A program made the position numbers and the translations under genes. From NCBI GenBank assembly GCA_965661285.1, contig CBFIDD010000003.1, positions 256,001 to 320,000 of the forward strand: DNA of 64,000 nucleotides, written 5' to 3'. A model generated the notes under the pieces. That model was not told the origin of the DNA and made no database searches. It saw only the letters and a program-made list of their open reading frames with translations. The DNA comes from Poseidonia sp. (GTDB taxonomy: Archaea; Thermoplasmatota; Poseidoniia; Poseidoniales; Poseidoniaceae). Positions 9,332 through 18,484 of the stretch are shown here, in pieces. Each line of letters starts with the position of its first letter. Position 1 is the first letter of the stretch.

Positions 9332-9496
9332 CTAAATTAAACTGGGGTGCTGCGAGAGCTTGTTGATGGTTTCACGCATCGGTTGGGCGAGGATGAGCAA
9401 GCGGAAGATGAAGGGCAGCCAGAGCACGAACACCACGTAGGCTTCCCACGGACCTGCCGGAGGAAACGCGGGGAGTTGGAGGGGGCTTGCGGCCAT
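9332..9496 (-). pseudogene. Truncated paralog (54 aa) of the N-terminus of 7425..8234
   Basis: MAASPLQLPAFPPAGPWEAYVVFVLWLPFIFRLL aligns with MVEPLQLPEIPPDGPWSAYVLVVIWLPLLFRIL, then stops. Confidence 0.65.
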
Positions 9497-9608
9497 ACTG
9501 CTTCACACCGACATCGGCCACTTACACTTCAACCAAACGCAAAAATGACACTCGGCACAGTGTGTCCTTACCCAATTTCAACCAATTTACTTACTCAGGG
9601 GGTAGTCC

Positions 9609-10544
9609 ATGACCGGACCCCTTGTTCAAACAATCCAGACCTCTGAAACCCCTGCTCAAACCACTGTTGAACCTAAGTCAACAAGGGTATGGACAACCCC
9701 TAGCAATGAAAGTGCGCATTCAAATAGTAAAAAATCTAGAACATCTAGCGTGTTTGGAAATAACAAAAAAAACAAATCAAGAGCTGTTGCTTACGCTCGA
9801 GTATCCTCGAAGCGTCAAGCAGAAGAGGGCGTAAGCCTCGATGCGCAAGTAGAACGTCTGCTTGCTTACGCAGAATTTAGAGGATTAGACCTTGACCCTG
9901 ATGACATTTACATTGATGATGGAATTTCTGCTGCAATCCACTTGTGGTCAAGACCAGCAGGTCGAGCCATGCGTGAAACCATCTATCAGGAACGAGTTGG
10001 TCATTTGCTCGCCCTGAAGATGGATAGGTTGTTTAGAGATGTGCAGGACTGTTTAGGCTCTGTTGATGAGTTGCGAGGCATCGGAGTTGACATCCATATT
10101 CTCGACCAAGACGGAGGAACATTGGATACTTCAACATCAATGGGCAGATTCTTTCTCACCACCATCGCAAGCCTCGCAGAATTGGAACGTGGACAGATTT
10201 CAGAGAGAACAAGGATTGCCATGAAGCACCTCAAAGATAACGCCAAGGTGTTTACAGGTCCAATCTTTGGTTGGAACAGAGATGGTGGCGACATCATTCC
10301 GAATTGGGCCGAACAAGATGCCATCGACTACATGCGGTTCAGACACTTCAAGCAGAATTGGTCAGGCAACAAGATTGCCAAACACCTTGTTGAGATGGGT
10401 CTAACAGGTAAGTTAGGTGGCTCATGGACATCGAATATGGTGCTTCGAACATGTCGTTATCAATTTCATGAAACTCGCAACATGTTTGAGAAGCCTGAAT
10501 GGTGGGGTACTGAACCTTACCACGATGCGGTTGAATGGGATTAG
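9609..10544 (+). CDS. Serine recombinase (resolvase/invertase family)
   Basis: AYARVSSKRQ catalytic Ser, KMDRLFR, DTSTSMGRFF, AELERGQISERT. Confidence 0.9.
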   Translation: MTGPLVQTIQTSETPAQTTVEPKSTRVWTTPSNESAHSNSKKSRTSSVFGNNKKNKSRAVAYARVSSKRQAEEGVSLDAQVERLLAYAEFRGLDLDPDDIYIDDGISAAIHLWSRPAGRAMRETIYQERVGHLLALKMDRLFRDVQDCLGSVDELRGIGVDIHILDQDGGTLDTSTSMGRFFLTTIASLAELERGQISERTRIAMKHLKDNAKVFTGPIFGWNRDGGDIIPNWAEQDAIDYMRFRHFKQNWSGNKIAKHLVEMGLTGKLGGSWTSNMVLRTCRYQFHETRNMFEKPEWWGTEPYHDAVEWD

Positions 10545-11788
10545 AGCGAACGAACGTCGATTTTTCCCGTAACTACTGCTGAAATTAATTCTGTTCGAAA
10601 TTCCCTGAGATGAGCAATCTGCTTTTCTATGATTAATTTAGATGAATCTACTTTTTTACAAAAGTCATCGAGATAGAAAATAATCTTTTTTTGCTCTTCA
10701 ATAGGAGGCATTGGAATGGTCAATGCTTCAAGTTTTTCTTTAGTTAAATGAGCGAATGTTGCCGAATCTGATATCATGTTTACATAACCTGATAATTTCA
10801 AATGAAACATAATGTAATGTAGATATTTTTCTTCAGAAGACGATTTGGCCCTAACTCGATTAAGAGAATTTTGGAAATAGCACTCGGAATCTTCGTACCA
10901 AATGGCTGAACGCCCCACAGTATGGCCACCTTCTGTCACCAACAAGTCCCCTTTCTTTAATCGATAGTGAGACTGCTGCTTTTTTGTAAAGCCCATTTGA
11001 TTAACATTGTCCAACTTAATTTCATCCCAGTGAATATTAGCAGCACGCAGATATGGTTTATAATCGCCGGTTTGTTTTTTTGAATCCAGCATTTTCCCGA
11101 GATCGACCTTGTAAAACCGTTTCACAATACCGTCTTGCCAATGAACTGGTATTTCTGAAAGCCATTCCACAGACGTATCTTTCATTGACACATCTAGATT
11201 AAGGCCCTTGGTAACGGCATTTGTGATGAGGGTTGAGCGTTTTTCTTCTAATAGCAAAAATAATTTTTCTAAATTGCTAATTTTACTATCAATCAGAGTA
11301 GTTTTATTCCCAATGTATCTTACCAAATGTAATTGCTCGTTTATTGGAGGTATCAAAAAGATAGTTCCATTCCAAGTTCCCATATTAAAACTTTCAATGA
11401 TATCTCCAAAACCACGTAACTGTTTTGCTGCACTTCCAAGCATGTATCCAGCGTATTCGCGATTTATATCTCGGTTTAGTTTCACTCTTTGCACGACATT
11501 GCTGTAAATCGAATTATTAATGGGTAAATGTACATATGGAGTTCCATTTCTGGTCAATAACAAGTCATTTGAAGTTGTTCTCTTTATCAAAGGAAATTCA
11601 GAAAATGAAGATTTCATAGGCGTTCTCTGACAAGTGTACAATAATTCATTTCCATAATGCCAATGACTTTTATCAATAACTTCTCCTGCATTTGAACTAG
11701 TATAACAGAACTTGAAAGGAACTATTTTCCAATGACTTGGAACCAAACCAATCCATTCGATGCCTGATTGTTGCTTCGAAGCCGACAT
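10541..11788 (-). CDS. hsdS: Type I R-M specificity subunit (second, very AT-rich copy)
   Basis: GIEWIGLVPSHW, PPINEQ, AVTKGL, PPIEEQ and ISAVVTGKIDV conserved regions; own GAGGTGA RBS. Confidence 0.9.
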   Translation of the reverse strand: MSASKQQSGIEWIGLVPSHWKIVPFKFCYTSSNAGEVIDKSHWHYGNELLYTCQRTPMKSSFSEFPLIKRTTSNDLLLTRNGTPYVHLPINNSIYSNVVQRVKLNRDINREYAGYMLGSAAKQLRGFGDIIESFNMGTWNGTIFLIPPINEQLHLVRYIGNKTTLIDSKISNLEKLFLLLEEKRSTLITNAVTKGLNLDVSMKDTSVEWLSEIPVHWQDGIVKRFYKVDLGKMLDSKKQTGDYKPYLRAANIHWDEIKLDNVNQMGFTKKQQSHYRLKKGDLLVTEGGHTVGRSAIWYEDSECYFQNSLNRVRAKSSSEEKYLHYIMFHLKLSGYVNMISDSATFAHLTKEKLEALTIPMPPIEEQKKIIFYLDDFCKKVDSSKLIIEKQIAHLREFRTELISAVVTGKIDVRSL

Positions 11789-11910
11789 TATGCCTCACCT
11801 CGAAGTCGAATCACCATGCGAATCGTACATGCTAAGCGCAAGTGGACTATGAACACTAAGGCGTTTGTCCCTACTCAATAATAAGGGATAACGCAATGGG
11901 TACGGACTGT

Positions 11911-12576
11911 TTAATTGAACCATGTGGCATAACCTCGCTTTCTCAATTCGAGCGCTACATCTCGTTCCTTCTCAAGCGCCCCAGCTTGTCGATAGAGGGC
12001 ATCACCCAACTCCTCCATGAGATCATGAGCAATACCATTGGGATGCTTGTGTACGATTTCCGAGGAATATTTGTGGCGTTTCCCACCAACCTTCACAGTG
12101 TGAATCTTGTACCTTTCTTCAACGGTTTTCTCCGTTTCTCCCACGTAGAGAAAGTCCGTCCAGTCGCTTTTCTTTCCTCCGTTTTCTTTGGCAAATGATG
12201 GTTTCTCCTCCCAAACACGTCTCTTCAACCGAAGAATGTACACTCGGCGATTCGGCGGGTCATCGTAGAACACACGCCAATGCTTGTTGCGTAATTCTTC
12301 CACCAAATCCTCTGCATATCGGTAGGCCTCAATTTTACTCTCAAAAGAGCGATAATAATCCTTCATGACTGATTTTCCTTTGCTGTTCCAACCGCTGGAA
12401 CTGCTCGAAAAATCTCCAGCGAGATAGGCATTAACCCTTGTCTCTGAAGTCAAGTGCGCAATGGTGATGACTGGCGTCTTTCTCCATCGCTTCGGGTTTT
12501 GCTTGGCCAGTTTCTCCCATCGAGATTTACTCAACCGCTGATTGAGTTCAATGGGAACGACGTGATGGGTCTCCAT
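11911..12576 (-). CDS. GIY-YIG-like nuclease domain protein
   Basis: RVYILRL...LYVGET...EERYKIH...EKERDVALELRKRGY in the C-terminal half. Confidence 0.6.
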   Translation of the reverse strand: METHHVVPIELNQRLSKSRWEKLAKQNPKRWRKTPVITIAHLTSETRVNAYLAGDFSSSSSGWNSKGKSVMKDYYRSFESKIEAYRYAEDLVEELRNKHWRVFYDDPPNRRVYILRLKRRVWEEKPSFAKENGGKKSDWTDFLYVGETEKTVEERYKIHTVKVGGKRHKYSSEIVHKHPNGIAHDLMEELGDALYRQAGALEKERDVALELRKRGYATWFN

Positions 12577-12585
12577 CGAGAATCC

Positions 12586-15500
12586 TCATTCCTCTTCTTC
12601 CAGGTCAAACACGCCTTCGATGTACTTCTGAGCATCCTCAAGGCTGTATTTTGGAGAACTCGCGCCCTCACGGACATAGAAAGCGCGGTCTTCACCGCTG
12701 CCGTACCAGGCAGGACCAAACAAACTGGGCTTCACGTGAATCCAAACGATGGGCTTCTCCTCAACCATGACCACACGCATGTTGCACTGGGCGACAAAGA
12801 CCCGCCCGATGTCTCTCCGGATGATGTTGCCAATGTGGAGCAAGGCTTTGTCCTCGTTGCCAAAGCCATCGACTTCGATGCCGTGGGCTGTGCCCCGGTC
12901 GTCAACACCGATGAGCAGATGACCGCCAAATCGGGAGTTGAGGAACGCGCACACCGATTTGACGATTTGATGTTCGACCGCTTTGTCTTTCTTCTTTTTC
13001 TCTTTGAGGTTGTAGCGTATGGTAGCTTTGAATTCAAGGGTGGTTGATTCACCTTGGGCAATCATTTGCAAGATCCGCTTCTCATCGGTCAAGTCAAACC
13101 CACGTTGCACTTGGTCCATCATTAAAGCGATGACATCTTGCTGGAAATGGTCGTCGTTGAAGAAACGATCAGCAAAGGCTTGGTGCGTGTTGACCTTGTC
13201 AATCATGCTCTCGGTCAGGCGTTCAGTAAAGACCGACTTCACGTTTTCGGGGGGATTGACCTTGAACACCGTCTCAAGATTTTCGTCAGCGTGGAGTGTG
13301 TCGATGAGAGCGCCCAAGAACAGCTTGTCTTCGTCCGTCAAGTCTGCCCCGTAGGTGTCGTTCAGTGTCTCGATTATGGCGGAAAGCGAGTCCAAGTCTT
13401 CCTCACCTGCACCCGTGATGTCCTCGACCGCTCGAGACTTCAGTTCAGCTTCCTTTTTGATAAGCGAGATATCGCCTTCGGAGGTCTGGGTGATTCGTAG
13501 CGAGTCAATGTTCACCATATCCTGAATGAACGTGGGCAACTCTGTCCCTTGCACGGGAAGCAAACGAGCGATATGGCGAGTGAAGTGGTAGAATTCCTCC
13601 AATTTTTGGTCTTTGAAGGTCATGACTCGAGCAAGGAAGCCGTACCCGCGGTAGAAAGAGCGAAGCATCTTCCTGAACTCGGCCTTTTCTTCCTCGGTGT
13701 CGATGGTATCAACGAAGTGCTGGACCTTTTGAGAAAGAAAGGCCACCAGTTCGGGATGGCCTTTGGTATCGTCAAAGAGAATTCGACAAAAGGCTTCAGC
13801 GTCCGTTTCGGTGTACACGTCCTCATCGAGGATATCTCGCTTGCGCTGGTAGATGGCAGCGGGGTCTGATGGACTTTCGAGTAGGGTTCGCTCATAGTAA
13901 TCTTGGAAGGCCGACTGAATGGTTTCGGCATCATTGGCAAAATCAAGAACGAAGGTTTCCTCTTTCCCGGGCGCCACACGGTTGAGACGCGACAGAGTCT
14001 GGACGGCGTTCACGCCACCCAATTTCTTGTCAACGTACATGGTGTGGAGCAAGGGTTGGTCGAAGCCGGTTTGATATTTGTTGGCGACGATCATAATACG
14101 GTATTCATCCTCGTCAAACTTGCTCGCTGTTTTCCCGTCTCCAAAGCCGTTCATGTTGGCTTCCGTGTAGTCCTTGCCGTCGATGGAAATGGTATCCGTA
14201 AAGGCAACAAGGGCCTTGAAGGGTTTCGGGTTTTCCTTTAACCATGCATCGACTGCGAGACGGTACTTGACGGCGTTCTTTCGAGATGACGTCACGATCA
14301 TGGCTTTGGCTTGGCCCTGGATACGTCCGACGGAGTTCTCACAAAAATGGCTCATGATGACGTCCACTTTGTTGCGAACAGTCTCCGGGTGTTCAAGCAC
14401 ATAGCGTCGCAAAATCGCCTTGGCCTTTCTGGATTCGACCTCGGGGTCATCGTCCTCGTCTTTGTTCAGCTTCCAATAGGTGGCGTAGGTGGTGTAGTTC
14501 TGCAGCACGTCGAGAATGAAGCCTTCCTCAATGGCTTGCCGCATGGAGTACAGGCTGTGCGCTGAAAAGCGGTTATCGGGAAGTTTTCGTCCGAACAATT
14601 CGAGCGTCTTCGATTTCGGCGTGGCAGTGAAGGCAAAGACGCTGATGTTCTCTTGCTTGCCACGAGCAGCAATCTCGTCGTGAATGAGGTCTTCGTAATC
14701 CCGGTCCTCTTTTTCCTCGCCGTCTTGAGTCAATACCTTGACCGTGGACTGAGCCATGGAACCACCTTGAGAGGAGTGAGCCTCATCGATGAGAAGGGCA
14801 AAACGCTTGCCTGGAAGTTTTCCGACAGAGTCAACGATGACCGGGAATTTCTGAAGGGTTGTGACAATGATTTGTTTTCCAGACTCGAGCGCTTCCTTCA
14901 ATTGGGCTGAAGTACCTTCAATGCTGGCCACGAGGCCTCGTGTCTTTTCGTAAGCCCTGACGGTGGCCTGGAGTTGTTTGTTGAGGATGCGACGATCTGA
15001 AATAACGATGATGGCGTTAAACACCCGCTCGTCCTTTTCGTCCATGAGTTGGCTCAGGCGATGTGAGAGCCAGGCGATGGTGTTGGATTTTCCGGAACCT
15101 GCCGAATGTTGGATTAGGTAGTTTCCGCCCGCGCCGTCGTTGGATGCCTCATTGATGAGGGTGCGAACGGCGTCCAACTGGTGGAACCGGGGGAAGATGA
15201 GTTTGCCAAGTGCCTTCGTGCGTCGCTTGCCTGTTTTTTCATGGTGCAAGAAGTGCTGAAGAATATCGAGCAAGGATACCTTTGACCAAACCTTGAGCCA
15301 CAGGTAATCGGTCGCATACCCACCGCCAAGAGCGGGGGGTGCGGGGTTTCCTGCTCCACCTCGGTTTCCACGGTTGAACGGAATGAAATAGGTCGATTTG
15401 CCGGAAAGTCGAGTCGTGACCTGAACCTGATGAGTGTCAACGGCAAAGTGGGCCAAGCATCGTCCGAATTTGAGGAAGGGCTCGCCTTCTGGGCGACGGT

Positions 15501-16017
15501 CAAAACGATACTGACGAACGGCGTTGGTTACGTCCTGACCCGTGAGTTCATTCTTCAACTCCGACGTGAAGACGGGGAGACCGTTGAGAAAGAGCCCCAA
15601 ATCGATGGAGTTCTGCGAGGTCGTGCTGTACTTGATTTGACGAACGACCGTCAAGATGTTCTGCTTGAACTTCTCCTCCAATTCCGGGTTTCGGCTCGAA
15701 GAGGGCTGGAAATACACCAGCCGGAACCGACATCCGTAGAGGTCCACGTCGTTGCGAAGCACCGCCAGCGTGCCGCGAAGCGTGATTTCCTTGGCGACAT
15801 GGGTCAAGAACGTGGAACGTGCATCGCCGCCTACCGCTTTCTTCAATTCATCCCACATGTCGAGTTGGGTGGTTTGAATGAATTGAATGAGCGCCTCTGG
15901 ATAGAGACAGAGCGTTGAATCGTACTTGGTGTTACTGCCTTCAAACCAATCCCCGGACGCCGTCATCTGGGCAACGATTTCTTTTTCGAAGGCTTCTTCG
16001 TTGTGTTTTGCGGGCAT
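12586..16017 (-). CDS. hsdR: Type I restriction subunit HsdR fused to a C-terminal Schlafen/AlbA_2 domain
   Basis: D..LFLNGLP...ELKN nuclease motif, QHSAGSGKS, DEAH, TATP, QTGFD. C-terminus GESTTLEFKAT...CAFLNS..GGHLLIGVDD.G. Confidence 0.92.
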   Translation of the reverse strand: MPAKHNEEAFEKEIVAQMTASGDWFEGSNTKYDSTLCLYPEALIQFIQTTQLDMWDELKKAVGGDARSTFLTHVAKEITLRGTLAVLRNDVDLYGCRFRLVYFQPSSSRNPELEEKFKQNILTVVRQIKYSTTSQNSIDLGLFLNGLPVFTSELKNELTGQDVTNAVRQYRFDRRPEGEPFLKFGRCLAHFAVDTHQVQVTTRLSGKSTYFIPFNRGNRGGAGNPAPPALGGGYATDYLWLKVWSKVSLLDILQHFLHHEKTGKRRTKALGKLIFPRFHQLDAVRTLINEASNDGAGGNYLIQHSAGSGKSNTIAWLSHRLSQLMDEKDERVFNAIIVISDRRILNKQLQATVRAYEKTRGLVASIEGTSAQLKEALESGKQIIVTTLQKFPVIVDSVGKLPGKRFALLIDEAHSSQGGSMAQSTVKVLTQDGEEKEDRDYEDLIHDEIAARGKQENISVFAFTATPKSKTLELFGRKLPDNRFSAHSLYSMRQAIEEGFILDVLQNYTTYATYWKLNKDEDDDPEVESRKAKAILRRYVLEHPETVRNKVDVIMSHFCENSVGRIQGQAKAMIVTSSRKNAVKYRLAVDAWLKENPKPFKALVAFTDTISIDGKDYTEANMNGFGDGKTASKFDEDEYRIMIVANKYQTGFDQPLLHTMYVDKKLGGVNAVQTLSRLNRVAPGKEETFVLDFANDAETIQSAFQDYYERTLLESPSDPAAIYQRKRDILDEDVYTETDAEAFCRILFDDTKGHPELVAFLSQKVQHFVDTIDTEEEKAEFRKMLRSFYRGYGFLARVMTFKDQKLEEFYHFTRHIARLLPVQGTELPTFIQDMVNIDSLRITQTSEGDISLIKKEAELKSRAVEDITGAGEEDLDSLSAIIETLNDTYGADLTDEDKLFLGALIDTLHADENLETVFKVNPPENVKSVFTERLTESMIDKVNTHQAFADRFFNDDHFQQDVIALMMDQVQRGFDLTDEKRILQMIAQGESTTLEFKATIRYNLKEKKKKDKAVEHQIVKSVCAFLNSRFGGHLLIGVDDRGTAHGIEVDGFGNEDKALLHIGNIIRRDIGRVFVAQCNMRVVMVEEKPIVWIHVKPSLFGPAWYGSGEDRAFYVREGASSPKYSLEDAQKYIEGVFDLEEEE

Positions 16018-16031
16018 ATTCATCACCAAAT

Positions 16032-17141
16032 TTACCAAACGGAGCCGGAGAGGCTTTCACCAAACTCTGGAATCATCGACACCAACAAACCTGACCGACC
16101 CGATATAAAGACATCCAATCGGCTGGCTACCTTTTCGATGTCCTTCTCGAGAACAGGTCCTGTCATGTTGCGATTAAATCGCTGGTTTCGGTGATGATGA
16201 TTTTTTGACCACGTGTTCATGGGGTATTCCTTGCCCGTGCGCAAAGATGACGATTTTCTCACCCCTTTGATGGCATCGGCGTGCTCTTTGACATGCTCAA
16301 CGAGAACGGTCTCGGCCCGATCCAAGAACAACGGCATGGCCAAGGGGTTGATCACCTGGTCCGTATCTTGTGGCACGGAAACCCATTGATCATGCTCAAG
16401 CCGTTGAAGTTCGAAAAGAAGGAAACCCGCTCTTCGAAGTCGTAAATCGGTGATTGAAGGTGGAGAGGTGGTTGAGGCACTTGGTAAGGCAGAGCCGCTT
16501 GACATCCACAAGCTGTTGTTACCCTTGACCTCAATGCTGCGCCCTCCCCTTGCCAACCAACCGTAGGTGTGGGCGCCGCTGGCTTGACCTGCATCAACGT
16601 CCAAGCAATATTTGATTGAAGCATGCCCAGAGGATACAGAGGTCGGGAGCGGCATCCACCATGCAGAAAATCCACCGACGGGTTTCATCAAGGTCGCGAA
16701 ATCAGGCGACGGCCTGGCCGCTTGGAGCAGGCCACGCTGCACGGTGGTGTGTGGAGCGAAACGGCGAGTGCGGTTCACGACACGGCTGATGTTGAGGTAG
16801 TCCTCACCGGTGGGCTTGAGCGTACCGTCATCAACAATGTCGTACACCTCGAGGTACAAGACGGGCGTGCACGAGTCGGGCAAACCAAGCTTGTCAATGA
16901 GTTCGTAGACCCGATCACCGTAGGACCGTGCGGTGAACAAACCGCAGGGATCGTGGGTGAAATGTTCGATCAGTTCCTCATGAAGACCGAAGCCAGGAAG
17001 ATGGGCCAAACGATGTCGAAAGCCGTGAACCATCCATCGATAGGTTCCTTTGATAGAAGGGTGATGGAGCTCAAACCCGTGCCCTGTTTGCGTGAAGACC
17101 CGGGCCTTTTTCAGGTCGGCCATGGTCTTCGAGGAGGTCAT
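16032..17141 (-). CDS. Hypothetical protein between hsdS and hsdR
   Basis: 369-aa ORF with ATGA overlap to hsdS; no motif recognised. Confidence 0.7.
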   Translation of the reverse strand: MTSSKTMADLKKARVFTQTGHGFELHHPSIKGTYRWMVHGFRHRLAHLPGFGLHEELIEHFTHDPCGLFTARSYGDRVYELIDKLGLPDSCTPVLYLEVYDIVDDGTLKPTGEDYLNISRVVNRTRRFAPHTTVQRGLLQAARPSPDFATLMKPVGGFSAWWMPLPTSVSSGHASIKYCLDVDAGQASGAHTYGWLARGGRSIEVKGNNSLWMSSGSALPSASTTSPPSITDLRLRRAGFLLFELQRLEHDQWVSVPQDTDQVINPLAMPLFLDRAETVLVEHVKEHADAIKGVRKSSSLRTGKEYPMNTWSKNHHHRNQRFNRNMTGPVLEKDIEKVASRLDVFISGRSGLLVSMIPEFGESLSGSVW

Positions 17142-18469
17142 GCAGTGTCCTCCGGGAGTGGATAATCTCGGACGTCGATTTGCCCGGTGACGGCTGCCGA
17201 AATCAATGCTGTTTTGTATTCCTTCAACCTCTCAATTCTGAGATTTAAGGCGCTACGAACATCATCGAATTGTCCTAATCTTTGGTGTAGATAACGAGCG
17301 ATTGACCGTTGTTCCTCAAGAGGAGGTACAGCATGCCACATCGAAGTGATATTTTCTGGCCTTGCTCTTTGATGGCTAGGAGTCACCGATTGCACAACGG
17401 AAGCAAGACGCTGTCTAGTCATTTCACTGCGGAAGAGGTAGAATGCCCACTCAAGGAAACACCCATCTACATTCAGCGGTACAAACTCTGATGAACAAAC
17501 AGTTGGAATACCTCTATTTTTGGCGAGAAGGACCATCCCTTTTATCGGGTTTAATTTTGATACTAACAGGGTTGGCCTTTCAATTAAAAATTTGGAACTC
17601 TCAACCTCCTCAGAGGGTTCAGTCTGTCCATCTCCAGTATCTCGGATGGAGGGGATAGAATAATGAAATACATTCGCTCCAAGGTCTGATGCCATTACCT
17701 GTTTTTTCTTCATTTCTAAAAACCAATCAGTTCGTTGGATTTTCCAGTGACTGGGAACCATACCCACCCATTCAATTCCTGAATCTTTCATCTCTACGTG
17801 TGGATTCAGGCCCTCAGTGACAACTTGTGTGATGATAGCAGATTGCTTTTCGTTAAGTCGCTCGATTTGCTCAATTAGTGGTGATATTGAGGAATTCAAT
17901 TTAGGAATTTTCGTTTTTAGGAATCTTTTTATTCGTTCCTGCTCATTTAGTGGAGGTTGAATTATTTTCAAACAACCCAAATCCGAGGCATTGATTGCAG
18001 GATAACTGACTCCATCAGAGTTTGCGACGACATTTTCAACAAAATAATCTGCAACAATGAAATCTCCAATAGAGTCCTTGCTCCATGAATTATCTGGGCG
18101 AACAACTGCAAAACCGGTTAAAAAAACCATTTCGTGCTTAGGATTGTGAATTTTGCATATGGCCTTCAGGTAGGTTCTGACCGTCGAGACGATGACATCA
18201 CCATCATTCGCCAATCTCCTTGCTCTGGAGGGAGATTTTTCAAAAACCATCTCCTTAGACTCTGTGATTCCATCCTCATACGACACAGATCCAATATCGA
18301 CATAACACATTTCTCGCATAGGATTCGTGTCTTCCGGCAACGTATCGTCGTTAATTGATGAAACGTGTTTCAACGCTAACTCGTTCCAGTGTACTGGTAT
18401 CCTCTTGGCGAAAGTTTTGGAGGGCTTGTAAGTCAAATAGGGTTTTAACTTCGAAATCACCAAATTCAT
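17138..18469 (-). CDS. hsdS: Type I R-M specificity subunit
   Basis: PSRARR, PPLNEQ, MKDSGIEWVGMVPSHW, PPLEEQ, ISAAVTGQIDV. Confidence 0.9.
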   Translation of the reverse strand: MNLVISKLKPYLTYKPSKTFAKRIPVHWNELALKHVSSINDDTLPEDTNPMREMCYVDIGSVSYEDGITESKEMVFEKSPSRARRLANDGDVIVSTVRTYLKAICKIHNPKHEMVFLTGFAVVRPDNSWSKDSIGDFIVADYFVENVVANSDGVSYPAINASDLGCLKIIQPPLNEQERIKRFLKTKIPKLNSSISPLIEQIERLNEKQSAIITQVVTEGLNPHVEMKDSGIEWVGMVPSHWKIQRTDWFLEMKKKQVMASDLGANVFHYSIPSIRDTGDGQTEPSEEVESSKFLIERPTLLVSKLNPIKGMVLLAKNRGIPTVCSSEFVPLNVDGCFLEWAFYLFRSEMTRQRLASVVQSVTPSHQRARPENITSMWHAVPPLEEQRSIARYLHQRLGQFDDVRSALNLRIERLKEYKTALISAAVTGQIDVRDYPLPEDTA

Positions 18470-18484
18470 CCCTCCGTGGTAGAA

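Noticed and set aside
9500-9610. tRNA gene or att direct repeat at the island boundary
   Set aside because: No cloverleaf or T-loop motif, and no repeat matching the 20525-20590 end was seen.
10541-18469. Invertible hsdS shufflon
   Set aside because: Both hsdS genes are on the same strand, and their conserved regions (e.g. ~11726-11770 vs ~17740-17785) have many mismatches. No exact inverted repeats found by eye.
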